A DNA stretch of 63,944 bases, filler included, from Craspedostauros australis (lineage: Eukaryota), in the NCBI GenBank assembly GCA_030167865.1. It is 15 parts of 15 records of this genome, joined end to end, with 100 filler letters (N's around TTAATTAATTAA, not from the genome) between each part and the next. Parts side by side here need not be neighbours in the genome. Positions count along the whole stretch, not along the records: positions 1 to 2,479 come from JALAGF010000453.1; positions 2,580 to 4,065 come from JALAGF010000454.1; positions 4,166 to 6,074 come from JALAGF010000455.1; positions 6,175 to 27,035 come from JALAGF010000456.1; 11 more parts are not named here. One strand, given 5' to 3'. A program made the position numbers and the translations under genes. Each line of letters opens with the position of its first letter. Position 1 is the first letter of the stretch. Below are positions 1 to 11,492 of this stretch, one piece after another. A model generated the notes under the pieces. The model saw only the letters and a program-made list of their open reading frames with translations, made no database searches and was not told the origin of the DNA.

Positions 1-811
1 GACATTCTGTTCCTCGAGTCATGGCAAGCAAGTACGCAGATTTTGTTCAGCTCTGCCAACAAATAGTCAGGGATAGGTTCAAACAATCGAGTCTTCTTTG
101 CGGCGCAACCCGGTGTTGTAACAGGAGGAAGATCCATAGCAGCAGTTGTATCCTTCCACATTGCGTCGTGACCAGCAGTTTCCATGAGGTTGTTGCAAAG
201 GGCTGTTTTGAATACATTCGCTTCACCCTGTTTCACATTCTTCTGGGCTTTACGCCTCATCTTTGCCTGTTTTGCATCCACTGGTACTGGTTGGCGTGAC
301 TACTTGTGGTCTTCCTTCACTGTCGTGCCAAGTTCGTTCACAACGGAGCACTCCCAAGCCTCTTCCTCCACCAAATTTGGCATCGGTGACATTCGAAGCT
401 TCAATTAACCAAGCTTTCTCATCCTTGTATTGAATCTCGTGGGTGTTGGGAACACCAAGTATGTTTGCAGACCATCGAGCTCTTGGGCTTGTACAGTGAG
501 TCAGCCACTTGCCCTTCAATAGGGAAGCGTCAACCAGCAACATTGTGGTGCCTGTGATGTCTCCAAATCGCAGGGCTTTCAAGATGATCGCCATCCCTTC
601 CATCGCCGTCGCCATCACCTGTTGCCTTGTCACCATTGTGATCCCTGCTGTCAAAGTGCACAAGTATCTACTGAAGACGTATTTGCCCGTTGTTGTGTGC
701 CCTGATTGGAGCTCTTGTTCTTTTATTGTGAGTTGTCCGAAGACAATCCCCCAACCAGTATTTTGACGAATATGATTAGTAGAGAGGTAAACGGGATAGA
801 GAAAGCTGTCA
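1..811 (-). repeat. Copia family A putative 3' LTR / downstream region, copy 1 (distal end not defined)
   Basis: On the minus strand the pol stop is followed by purine tract AAGGGG-CG and then TGACAGC at 811. About 355-811 is near-identical to 4166-4618. Confidence 0.6.
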
Positions 812-823
812 CGCCCCTTGATC

Positions 824-2479
824 TCAAAGTGGACCCCCGTAGAACAGGGTTGTGGCAAGAAGTGTTAGTTTTGGCCTCACCAATGCCTTGGTGAGCATGT
901 CAGCGAAGTTCTGAGCCGATGGGACATGGACTGGAACCAGAGTTCCAGCTCCCACAGCCTCACAGACTCAGTGAAATGATATTGCCACATGCTTCTTTTG
1001 CAATATGCTGTCTGCGATTGTTGCTTTCGAGATCACCACATTGTTGTCGCAGAATGTGACTGTGGGTGATTGGACACGGACTCCCAGCGATCGGAGTGCG
1101 TATCAGAGTGCAATGATTTCTTCTGTCACTGATCCCATTACGTTGAATTCTGCTCCGTATGTAGACGTTGTGACTGATGTCTGCCGCTTGCTCGAGAAGT
1201 ACACAGGCATCCTGCCAAGGAAAAGGATGATCCCGGTGTTAGATTGGCACGTGACAAGATTGTGCACATGGTCAGCATTGATGAATGCATACATTGGCAG
1301 CTCCGGATAGATTGTCTTTGGTGACCGGTCGTCGACGTCCTCCTGTGCCTCAGGGTATTCTTCCTTCATTTGCACCACCAATTCTAGGTTGGACGGTATC
1401 GAGTTGAAGTTGTCGAATATCATGGGTCTGGAGTTGATTTGTGTTCTGAGTGTGGACATACTCTTGAGATAGCCCCATACCTTGAGTGCTCTTGCTAGAT
1501 GGCCTTTCCGAGGTGATGCAGTGAATTGAGAGAGTGAAGAAGTTGCAAAGGCGACGTTGAAACGTCCAAGTTGAACGACCCAGTTCAGCATGCCGATGAG
1601 CTGCTGGAACTGTTGGTGTTCATTTGGTGTGAGTAGTTCGGAGTCATCCATTTCTGGATGGTCCTTGTTCCACATGGACACATGCTGGTCATGGAGTGTT
1701 GCATGCTGCTTCTTGACTTTATCCATCACGTTTGCGATGTATTTGTCACATCCAACTCTCCATTTGTCTTTTACATTCCTGGAATCGTCGTTGCCCAGAT
1801 AGTATTTGGGTGGTCCAATGTCTTTGATGGTGTAGACTTGCTGGATGACCTTAATGTATTGGTCTGGTTCTTTTGCCACGATCTTGAAGTCATCGACAGG
1901 CATGCATATGTAGTCATACCCAGTGTCGTCCCTCCACTTGATCCACACGTCCTGGTCATGCCATGATGGAAAGAACCCCATGGATGAGAGTGTATTTGTG
2001 AAGTGAGCATGGAATCTTTGCGTGCTCGATCGGAGTCCATACAACGCCTGCCTGAGTACAATTGTCTGGCCCTCTCTGTGATCGAACTCTTTTCCTGCCC
2101 TTGCGTACATCTTCTCGTTGGTGTAGGCATTGACAACTGCATTCCCCATGTCGCCGCAGAGTTGCTTCAGCTTGTTTGCGTCCGCGATGACATTGAGTAT
2201 CCGTGCACTGGTTGAATTGATCGTGGATGAGTATACTCTGATATTGTCAGCGAGTTCAATGAGGTGACCACCGGCTACCAGCCGCCCCTTGCGCCACAGA
2301 TCCTGTTTCACAACGAAGATGAGCCAGAGCTTGGTGCTCTGGTAGTACGATAAAGATCGGTGAGTGGATGGATGGAATTCAAAGCAATTGAGGTTGATCA
2401 GAGCGTCGATCTCTTTCTTTGCTGCGTGCTTCCACAATGTGTTGCCATTGGCTTTGTCACGTTGGAGTGTGTGTCGCAT
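824..2479 (-). pseudogene. Ty1/copia RT-RNase H, family A copy 1, with premature stops
   Basis: Motifs KGRLVAGGH, ALYGLRSS, VDD, YLG, STYGAEF and ADMLTK. In-frame TGA at 1103-1105 and 968-970 where copy 2 has CGA. Truncated by a gap at 2480. Confidence 0.93.
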
Positions 2480-2579
2480 NNNNNNNNNNNNNNNNNNNNN
2501 NNNNNNNNNNNNNNNNNNNNNNNTTAATTAATTAANNNNNNNNNNNNNNNNNNNNNNNNNNNNNNNNNNNNNNNNNNNN
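2480..2579. other. Artificial contig spacer (N44-TTAATTAATTAA-N44), first of 14
   Basis: The same 100-nt spacer starts at 2480, 4066, 6075, 27036, 36911, 42317, 43834, 45230, 47845, 49314, 52026, 56125, 58646 and 62156. The 12-mer has stops in all six frames. Confidence 0.97.
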
Positions 2580-2660
2580 AAGTGCGTATGAGAGAATAGC
2601 GGGTGAACGATGCACATATACACGTACATCTTGACATATACTCACATGTACATCTCGACA
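2580..2660 (-). repeat. 5' end of a family B LTR inserted into a copia gag-pol ORF
   Basis: Minus strand reads TGTCGAGATGTACAT...GCATCGTTCACCCGCTATTCTC, matching the LTR start at 33879. Confidence 0.85.
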
Positions 2661-4065
2661 GGTCGATGCGAGGCATCGCGATCTCGTTGCTTTCGGTTTC
2701 GTCAGCTTCGCTCTCATCAGATGAGAACAAGTTGTCGCTCATCATGCGATCCGCGTCGACTTGCGGTCCGTAGTAACCGTAGTCGTTGGGGCTGCGGATC
2801 CCAACCACTTCGATCGATCCCTCGTCGTTGTTGTTGTTGGTTCCGTTGTAGAACCCTGCGGCCAAGTCTCCGTCGACGACCATGAGAGCCATGTCCTCCA
2901 TGAGGTTTTCGATGTTGCTCTCCGTATCGTGGGTGCGTGTTGTCACGATTTCGTGGTCGGTGAGAATTTTGTTTTCGCTCACATTTTTGGTGTTGCGCGC
3001 GATTTCTCCACCTTCCGCGATTTCGTGACACAACATCACATCATCGACGGTGACCAACGCGACGTCGTCCATGCCGTCCATCCCGTCAGTAGCCACATTG
3101 GCTGAGTCTGCGTCTGTTGGAAATCCGGGGTTATAGTCAGTACTGAATTCTAATCTGCTGTTAGAAACTGTACCGTTTTAGAACTGTGAGCACAATCTCA
3201 CTTTCTCTTTCGATTTCGTCTTCATGGCAGGCATCTGTCGTGGTGGCGACACGGGGCATCCTGTTGTCTCTTAGGTGCTTCCCTCTTTGTTCATCATGCT
3301 CTGTTCTTGCTTCCTTGTTTCTGCATCGTCGTAGCTGTCTACGCTTGCATGGTAGGGATCTGTAGTCTTGAGCTTTTGCCTATCTCATGTTTCCGTTGTT
3401 GGTCTCATGACACCATCGTCTCATGGTCGATGTCACCTTTGGTGATGTTCCAAACCTGCGGTTATTCTGATCCTTTCTGATGTTCCAAACCTGCGGATGT
3501 TCTTGTCCGTAGGAGGGGCGTGTGCTGTCCTCTGAAGAAGGTGCGTCACTTGCCCATGGACATGCTGTTCTGATCGACGTCGTCGTCTGGATGGTTGCCA
3601 TGGTAGGCGTGGTATCGGGACCTCCTGATCCGCCATAGGCGTCGTCCTTGTGTTATTGTAGGACAGGCTATCTTCCTCTCGGTAATACAGGTGTCAATCG
3701 CGTCCGTACCCTTAGTCATAGTCATATCGACATGGCATATAAAGGTGTGACAAATAGTCTCAGAACATGTGACGAATAATATTCAAAGCTGTGACGAACA
3801 ATGTTGGGAGGTGCGGCAATCACGGGTATTCCGACAAAGTCGTACCCTCGATTCCTAACATGCGTCCTTCATCGCAGCTCTCAACTTGAAGCACTGCAAG
3901 ATCTTGTGGCCTGTCTTGCCACAGAACTTGCACTTGCCGTTGAAGCCTCCGGCGCTGAAGTTGCCGTTGTTGCGGTTGCCATTGCCGCGGTTGCCGTTCT
4001 TCTTGGCGCCACCGCCTTGCTTGCCGTTGCCGCTCTTGGTAGGGGAGCGACAGTCCGCCTTCTTG
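2661..4065 (-). pseudogene. Copia gag C-terminus (CCHC zinc knuckle) and acidic linker, interrupted by a solo LTR
   Basis: Minus-strand translation GFNGKCKFCGKTGHKILQC. Removing 3115-3860 plus one TSD restores the frame KDA-DSANVATDG. Layout resembles the gag at 34748. Confidence 0.85.
3115..3860. mobile_element. Solo LTR (746 bp) with 6-bp target-site duplication
   Basis: Termini TGTTGGAAATC...GATTCCTAACA. TGCGTC flanks both sides (3109-3114, 3861-3866). Internal direct repeats GATGTTCCAAACCTGCGG x2 and TGTGACRAA x3. Confidence 0.9.
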
Positions 4066-4165
4066 NNNNNNNNNNNNNNNNNNNNNNNNNNNNNNNNNNN
4101 NNNNNNNNNTTAATTAATTAANNNNNNNNNNNNNNNNNNNNNNNNNNNNNNNNNNNNNNNNNNNN

Positions 4166-4618
4166 AGCCTCTTCCTCCACCATTTTGGCATTGGTGACAT
4201 TCGAAGCTTCAATTAACCAAGCTTTCTCATCCTCGTATTGAATCTCGTGGGTGTTGGGAACACCAAGTATGTTTGCAGACCATCGAGCTCTTGGGCTCGT
4301 ACAGTGAGTCAGCCACTTGCCCTTCAATAGGGAAGCGTCAACCAGCAACATTGTGGTGCCTTTGATGTCTCCAAATCGCAGGGCTTTCAAGATGATCGCC
4401 ATCCCTTCCATCGCCGTCGCCATCACCTGTTGCCTTGTCATCATTGCGATCCCTGCTGTCAAAGTGCACAAGTATCTACTGAAGACGTATTTGCCCGTTG
4501 TTGTGTGCCCTGATTGGAGCTCTTGTTCTTTATTGTGAGTTGTCCGAAGACAATCCCCCAACCAGTATTTTGACGAATATGATTAGTAGAGAGGTAAAAG
4601 GTACAGAGAAAGCTGTCA
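4166..4618 (-). repeat. Copia family A putative 3' LTR, copy 2 (partial)
   Basis: Purine tract AAGGGG-AA then TGACAGC at 4618 on the minus strand. Homologous to 355-811. Confidence 0.65.
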
Positions 4619-4630
4619 TTCCCCTTGATC

Positions 4631-6074
4631 TCAAGGTGGACCCCCGTAGAACAGGGTTGTGGCAAGAAGTGTTAGTGTTGGCCTCACCAATGCCTTGGTG
4701 AGCATGTCAGCGAAGTTCTGAGCCGATGGGACATGGACTGGAACCAGTGTCCCAGCTCCCACAGCCTCACAGACTCGTTGCAATGACATTGCCACATGCT
4801 TCTTCTGCAATAGGCTGTCTGCAATCGTCGTATTCGAGATCACCACATTGTTGTCGCAGAATGTGACCGTTGGTGATTGGACGCGGACTCTCAGCAATCG
4901 GAGTGCGTATCGGAGTGCAATGATTTCTTCTGTCACTGATCCCATTGCGTTGAATTCTGCTCCATATGTAGACGTTGTGACTGATGTCTGCTGCTTGCTC
5001 GAGAAGTACACAGGCGTCCTGCCGAGGAAAAGGATGATCCCGGTGTTAGATTGGCACGTGACAAGATCGTGCACATGGTCAGCATTGATGAATGCATACA
5101 TTGGCAGCTCTGGATAGATTGTCTTTGGTGACCGGTCGTCGACGTCCTCCTGTGCCTCAGGGTATTCTTCCTTCATTTGCACCACCAATTCTGGGTTGGA
5201 CAGCGTCAAGTTGAAGTTGTCGAATATCATGGGTCTGGAGTTGATTTGTGTTCTGAGTGTGGACTTGCTCTTGAGATAGCCCCATACCTTGAGTGCTCTT
5301 GCTAGATGTCCTTTCCAAGGTGATGCAGTGAATTGAGAGAGTGAAGAAGTTGCAAAGGCGACGTTGAAACGTCCAAGTTGAACAACCCAGTTCAGCATGC
5401 CGATGAGCTGCTGGAACTGTTGGTGTTCATTTGGTGTGAGTAGTTCGGAGTCATCCGTTTCCGGATGGTCCTTGTTCCACATGGACACATGCTGGTCATG
5501 GAGTGTTCCATGCTGCCGTTCGACGTTATCCATCGCGTTTGCGATGTATTTGTCACATCCAATGCTCCATTCGTCTTTCGCATTCCTGGAATTGTCGTTG
5601 CCCAGATAGTATTTGGGTGGTCCAATGTCTTTGATGGTGTAGACTTGCTGGATGGCCTTCATGTATTGGTCTGGTTCATTTGCCACAATCTTGAAGTCAT
5701 TGACATGCATGCATATGTAGTCATACCCAGTGTCGTCCCTCCACTTGATCCACACGTCCTGGTCATGCCGTGATGGAGAGAACCCCATGGATGAGAGTGT
5801 ATTTGCGAAGTGAGCATGGAATCTTTGCGTGCTCGATCGGAGTCCATACAACGCCTGCCTGAGTACAATTGTCTGGCCCTCTCTGTGATCGAACTCTTTT
5901 CCTGCCCTCATGTACATCTTCTCATTGGTGTAGGCATTGACAACTGCATTCCCCATGTCGCCGCAGAGTTGCTTCAGCTTGTTTGCGTCTGCGATGACAT
6001 TGAGTATCCGTGCACTGGTTGAATTGATCGTGGATGAGTATACTCTGATATTGTCAGCGAGTTCGATGAGGTGA
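4631..6074 (-). mobile_element. Ty1/copia RT-RNase H, family A copy 2 (open frame, catalytic motifs degenerate)
   Basis: Open from the gap to ...ADMLTK...FYGGPP*. RT motif reads HVND instead of xVDD and RNase H reads INADH instead of VDADH. Confidence 0.93.
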
Positions 6075-6174
6075 NNNNNNNNNNNNNNNNNNNNNNNNNN
6101 NNNNNNNNNNNNNNNNNNTTAATTAATTAANNNNNNNNNNNNNNNNNNNNNNNNNNNNNNNNNNNNNNNNNNNN

Positions 6175-6542
6175 ATTCTGCACAACCATTGGCGTGGCGG
6201 TGATGTGCGTTCCCTCAAACATGGTGTGGTTGGCCACACAGAGAACTCCTATCAATCAACACATCGGATGATGATGGTGCTGTTGATGTTGTGGCGGAAA
6301 TCATGAAACACATCCTACTTTGGTCAGCAGTTCGAAACCAAGGATCTCCTCTCGAACAGATATTCATCGAACGTACTAACGGACATTATGTAGGACCAAC
6401 ATTGGATGACGCCGAAATACACGATGTCCGACATGCGCCCAACTGCTAACCAAAGTACGATCAAAGTGAATCCAAAATCGAACAATGCGGCATAATGTCC
6501 GATAAAATGTCTAATATCGCAACTGTTGTGCGTCCTCCTTGG
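6175..6542 (+). repeat. Dispersed repeat, copy 1 (starts at contig edge)
   Basis: Aligns with 30706-31072. First ~165 bp nearly identical, remainder more diverged. Confidence 0.88.
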
Positions 6543-6718
6543 TGGCAATACCCCAAAGTACGTACGCAATGCCACAATGCGCAATGCCATCGCATCCTCA
6601 TCAAGAGACGCCGCCACACCGTCTCCCATCCAACATCCAACTTTGAACATTCTTTCACGATCATACCCACTCTCCATCGCGTTACATGCGTTACATGCGT
6701 TGCATGCCCATCGCAAAG

Positions 6719-8359
6719 ATGTCAGAACAAACCAACCCAGACTTCCTCAACTTGATCAGCTCGGAACAGATCGCATCTCTGTTTGACAATGATCCTGGGA
6801 GTGACGACATTTGGTCCTTGCTACAAAATGCGGATGACGCTCTTGGCGATGCTCTTGACGACACCCTTGGCGATGATCCCGTAACAACCAGCGACTTAGA
6901 TCCGCAGATCTATGATGGCGATCTGCATCCCTTCGACATCAGTCAATTGGATGAAAAGCAGGATACTTCATCGTCGAGACCATCCAACAAACGAGGCTTG
7001 GATGGAGACAATCCATCGTCATCACCACCATCGCATCTGGAGACTGTTTCAGACCCTTCATCGGCTGAACATCTTGAACAAGAACTGGCGGAGGCCGAGA
7101 AATTGCAAGCGCGAGAGATCGAGGCGCTATCTCTGCAAGACAGAGAGCAAGTCTACGAGGACATTCATGGCGTACGTCGACCACCTGAAGAAACGGAGGC
7201 CTTCTTGAAGGATCGGCTGCACCGATTGAATGCCGAACTCACCATGGGTCTGTGCGACAGCCGACGCAAGAATCATCAAAGCGATTCCGTTCAGAAACCA
7301 TATCGCATGGCAGCCCTGTTGGCGCCGCGCTTAACATGTGATGTCGCATTTCGGATTGCGATGCTACGATCTACCAATTGGGACGTTGAGAAGGCGGCTG
7401 TGAAGATCGTGCAGTACTTCCATGTCAAGGAGCGGTTGTTTGGTAGGGAGAGGTCTTTGCGACCCATTGTGTTGTCGGATCTTCAAGATGATGCAAGACA
7501 GTCCATCGAAGATGGCGCGTACATCGTGCATGATGGCAATGAAGGCATCTGCCACAGGCCCGTGGTGTTCAACTTCGCGGCACGGTGGAAGACGCAGACG
7601 ATTATTTCTCAAGCTCAGGCCGTATTTTATCTGCCACACGTTGCAGCCCGCTCGGCGCAAGCCCAGCAATATGGTGTCTCTGTGGTCGTCCTTGCGATGA
7701 AGGCCCACGAGCACTATTTTCGTGATGCAATTCGCATGATGCAATTCAATGTGCTGGATAATGTACCGGCTCGCACCGCAGGCATGCATATCTGCATCTC
7801 CGATGACCGTTTTCAAGATATCATCTCCCACGCGCTGCAGGTAGCACCGAAGGATCAAAGGTTGCGAGCGAAATTTCATTACGGATCCGTGCAGGCCTGC
7901 AAAAATCACCTGCTCACGTATGGCATTCGGTCCACCATGATACCAGACAACGAGGATACTATTTGTGGCAACGCCACGAATCATGACACCATTCAGCGAT
8001 GTCTGCAATATGATCGTGAAGTGCTGGACAAGTATTCCGAAGGCAAGCCAGACCATTGCATCGACGCGCCGCCCAACCCCAACGACGTCCTACTGGGCCG
8101 GGGCCGACCCTTGCAAAAGTTCCCGGGAAATTTGGAATTCTCGCGACTGTTGCAAGAGTGCAAGCCAAGTTACGATCAAGCGTCCAAGCCTCGCAAGACA
8201 GAGATCACGCGTGAGCTGGTCCAGAAGCTGCGTGATGCTGGGGTACGTTTTTTGATGCATGATGACTCGGGCGATTGGTGGGAGGAGGTTCCCGATGCGG
8301 TGGCCCGCAAGCGGGCGGCGATGAGTTTGCGTAATATGTCACGCAAACGGGAGGAGTGA
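6719..8359 (+). CDS. DUF6824-domain protein with CRAL-TRIO/SEC14-like middle region, paralogue 1
   Basis: Intronless ORF, start chosen by alignment with paralogue 2 (MSEQTNPD). C-terminal NDVLLGRG...GN...RFL...W.EV DUF6824 pattern. FRIAMLRSTNWDVEKAA resembles the CRAL-TRIO N helix. Confidence 0.88.
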   Translation: MSEQTNPDFLNLISSEQIASLFDNDPGSDDIWSLLQNADDALGDALDDTLGDDPVTTSDLDPQIYDGDLHPFDISQLDEKQDTSSSRPSNKRGLDGDNPSSSPPSHLETVSDPSSAEHLEQELAEAEKLQAREIEALSLQDREQVYEDIHGVRRPPEETEAFLKDRLHRLNAELTMGLCDSRRKNHQSDSVQKPYRMAALLAPRLTCDVAFRIAMLRSTNWDVEKAAVKIVQYFHVKERLFGRERSLRPIVLSDLQDDARQSIEDGAYIVHDGNEGICHRPVVFNFAARWKTQTIISQAQAVFYLPHVAARSAQAQQYGVSVVVLAMKAHEHYFRDAIRMMQFNVLDNVPARTAGMHICISDDRFQDIISHALQVAPKDQRLRAKFHYGSVQACKNHLLTYGIRSTMIPDNEDTICGNATNHDTIQRCLQYDREVLDKYSEGKPDHCIDAPPNPNDVLLGRGRPLQKFPGNLEFSRLLQECKPSYDQASKPRKTEITRELVQKLRDAGVRFLMHDDSGDWWEEVPDAVARKRAAMSLRNMSRKREE

Positions 8360-9133
8360 AATGTGTGGTGTGGTGGAGCAGCGCAATGAAACATCAATAG
8401 AGTGACGGAGCAGTGCAGGAGATCCACGCCGCGAAATGGGGGAGACTCATCGTCGTTGCCCGAGACGCTGTTCAGCACTGCCTCTGAACTCCCCGGAGCT
8501 GCCGTCGATGAATATGATAGTATTCGACATTCTCATGCATCTCTTGGTGCTTTGCGAACGAGATCAGTTCCCAGAACGCTGCGATGCTGTGGCAACTGCG
8601 TGAGCAACCACGCAGCCAGAACTCTGTCCCTACTTGATCATATGCAGCGCATTGTCGTTTAGTTCTACTACCATCGACATGCGAGACAAGAAGTTGCATA
8701 TCATTCCCCCAGATGTGCCTGACATGACATGATGTTCCAAAGTTGTGTCCTCTCCACTCGTGGGGAGAGAGTACCGTCATCGATCTGTTCGACGAGTATC
8801 GCCGGCACTCTACATTCATTGGCGATCTACGTATTGGGACGATCTGCCTCGTTCCGCACTCCATTCGATTGAATTGATTGGAACTGGTTTGAATTCCACA
8901 TTTCCTCATTCATCTCTGTTGATGTTCCCAAACCTGCCGATGTCACTCAACAACTTGTTCGGCAACAACAGTCGTGGACAATGCCACCGCACGACGCATA
9001 ATGCGATGGTTTTTTCATGAAGAGATGCATGCGATAATACAATAGGACGCACGGTCCCTCATCAAACATTGAACATCCTTCCACAGCACCAGACACTATC
9101 CATCGCGTTACGAGTGCATGCACATCTCCGAAC

Positions 9134-10771
9134 ATGTCAGAAGGAACCAACCCAGACCTTCGGGACTTGATCAGTTCGGAACAGATCGCATCTCTGTTCG
9201 ACAATGATCCAGGAGGTGATGATCTGTGGTCCTTGCTGCACAATGGAAATGATACCTTTGGCGATACCCTTGACGACGCCCTTGACGATGATCCTGCAAT
9301 CACCAGCGATACAGATGCGCAGGTCTACAATGGCGATCTGCACCCCTTCGATATCAGTCAATTGGATGAAAAGCAGGAGAGTTCATCATCGAGACTCTCC
9401 AATAAACGCAGCTTGGATGGAGACAGTCCATTGTCACTGCCACCATCGCAGCTGGAGGCTACCTCAGACACTACATCCACTGAACATCTCGAAGAGCTGA
9501 CGGAGGCCGAGAAACTGCAAGCCCGAGAGATTGAGTCTCTGTCCATACAAGACCGGGAAGACATCTACGAGGATATTCACGGCGTACGTCGACCGCCGGA
9601 AGAGACAGAGGCCTTCTTGAGAGATCGGCTGCATCGATTGAATGCTGAACTCACGATGGGATTATGCGACAGCCGACGAAAACTTCTTCCGAATGCACTC
9701 ATCCAAAGGTCATACCGCATGGCGTCGTTGTTAGCGCCGCGATTGACATCCGACGTCGCATTCCGCATCTCCATTTTGCGATCTACCAATTGGAACACTG
9801 AGGAGGCGGCCATAAAGATCGTGCAGTACTTCCATGTCAAGGAACGGTTGTTTGGAAGAGAGAAGTCTTTGCGACCCATCATACTGTCCGATCTGCAGGA
9901 TGACGCACGGCAGTCGCTTGAGGAAGGCGCATACATTGTGCATGATAGCAATGAAGGAATCTGCCACAGGCCGGTGGTGTTCAACTTCGCTGCACGGTGG
10001 AAGACGAAGACGGTTCTTTCACAAGCGCAAGCGATATTTTATCTGCCGCATGTGTCGGCCCGTTCGGCAGAAGCGCAGAAGTACGGCGTCTCAGTGGTCG
10101 TACTTGGAATGAGGGCCGAGGAACGCTATTTCCGCGATGCAATCAGCATGATGCAACTCAATGTGCTGGATGTTATGCCAGCTCGTACGGCAGGCATGCA
10201 CATCTGCATCTCCGATGATCGTTTCAAGGACATCTTGTCGTACGCGCTGAAGATGGCACCGAAGTATGATAGGTTGCGGGCGAGATTCCATTACGGATCG
10301 GTGCAGGCCTGCAAGAACGAGCTGCTCACGTATGGCATTCGGTCCACCATGATACCAGACAACGATGATGTCCTTTGTGACGTCGTCACGGAGCATAACA
10401 CTATCGAGCGATGCCTGCAACGTGACCGCGAGGTGTTGGAGGACTACTACAAGGACAAACCAGACCACTGCATCGATACGCCGCCCAACCCCAACGACGT
10501 TCTACTGGGGCGCGGTCGGCCGCTCCAAAAGTTCCCCGGCAATTTGGAATTCTCACGATTGTTACAAGAGTGCAAGCCAAATTACGATCAAGCGTCCAAA
10601 CCTCGCAAGACAGAGATCACGCGTGAGCTGGTCCAGAAGCTGCGTGATGCTGGGGTGCGGTTCTTGAAGCATGATGACTCGGGCGATTGGTGGGAGGAAG
10701 TGCCCGATGCGGTGGCGCGCAAGCGGGCGGCGATGAGTTTGCGCAATATGTCGCGCAAACGGGAGGAGTGA
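9134..10771 (+). CDS. DUF6824-domain protein with CRAL-TRIO/SEC14-like middle region, paralogue 2
   Basis: 545-aa ORF collinear with 6719-8359 over its full length. Confidence 0.9.
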   Translation: MSEGTNPDLRDLISSEQIASLFDNDPGGDDLWSLLHNGNDTFGDTLDDALDDDPAITSDTDAQVYNGDLHPFDISQLDEKQESSSSRLSNKRSLDGDSPLSLPPSQLEATSDTTSTEHLEELTEAEKLQAREIESLSIQDREDIYEDIHGVRRPPEETEAFLRDRLHRLNAELTMGLCDSRRKLLPNALIQRSYRMASLLAPRLTSDVAFRISILRSTNWNTEEAAIKIVQYFHVKERLFGREKSLRPIILSDLQDDARQSLEEGAYIVHDSNEGICHRPVVFNFAARWKTKTVLSQAQAIFYLPHVSARSAEAQKYGVSVVVLGMRAEERYFRDAISMMQLNVLDVMPARTAGMHICISDDRFKDILSYALKMAPKYDRLRARFHYGSVQACKNELLTYGIRSTMIPDNDDVLCDVVTEHNTIERCLQRDREVLEDYYKDKPDHCIDTPPNPNDVLLGRGRPLQKFPGNLEFSRLLQECKPNYDQASKPRKTEITRELVQKLRDAGVRFLKHDDSGDWWEEVPDAVARKRAAMSLRNMSRKREE

Positions 10772-11492
10772 AACGTGTGGTGTTTCGGAATAGCGCAATG
10801 AAATGGGGAGGACCTCGTGAATCTGTTACGGACGGCGGCTCTGGCGGAGCCTTCCTTGCAATTGGATGAATGGCGCACCGCGCTCCCATGTGCATACCAG
10901 GAGGGTACTATCGATGCAGCGTATTCTACGTACAGTAGCACAATCGTGTGTTATTCCTTGCCGGCATACTTTCGCTTGCTTGCTGTCCACGAAGTTGCTC
11001 AAGATGTTATCCAGAACACCGCCTCGCAACTCTCCGTCGTTGATCGTCGGAAGGAGCTAAGTATTGCGGTGCCCCACTCATTCTCGTCACACGGAAAAGC
11101 GCAGCTCTGCGGCCGTGCCTTCACACTCATTCATTCCTGTTCCTCGCACATGCGGACAGTGGCCTCATCGTCTTCTTCGCGGGAACAGATGGGACGAGAA
11201 TCCAGAACTATGACGACATGAATTGTAGTCTCGATGATGGGGAACGTCATTCACAACAGATAGATGCAGAACACTTGACTGCTGGAGTACTCAAGTATTC
11301 TACATACATACAGTCCAACTTAATTGCACAGCGATCCATTCAGCATGTAATAGAGCAGACTAGCGTACAGCAGAGTAGAGTAATGTATTATCTGAGCACT
11401 TCCCTTCACTTTCCATTCCCAATTCTACTACATCTGCTACGATTTATCATACTATTGCTAAGATACAAGAAGAGCCGTCCACCCAAACGAGT

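Noticed and set aside
250..858. 202-aa ORF downstream of family A pol as an env-like gene
   Set aside because: Frame is broken in copy 2 by a 1-nt indel, lies in the putative LTR and has no recognisable domain.
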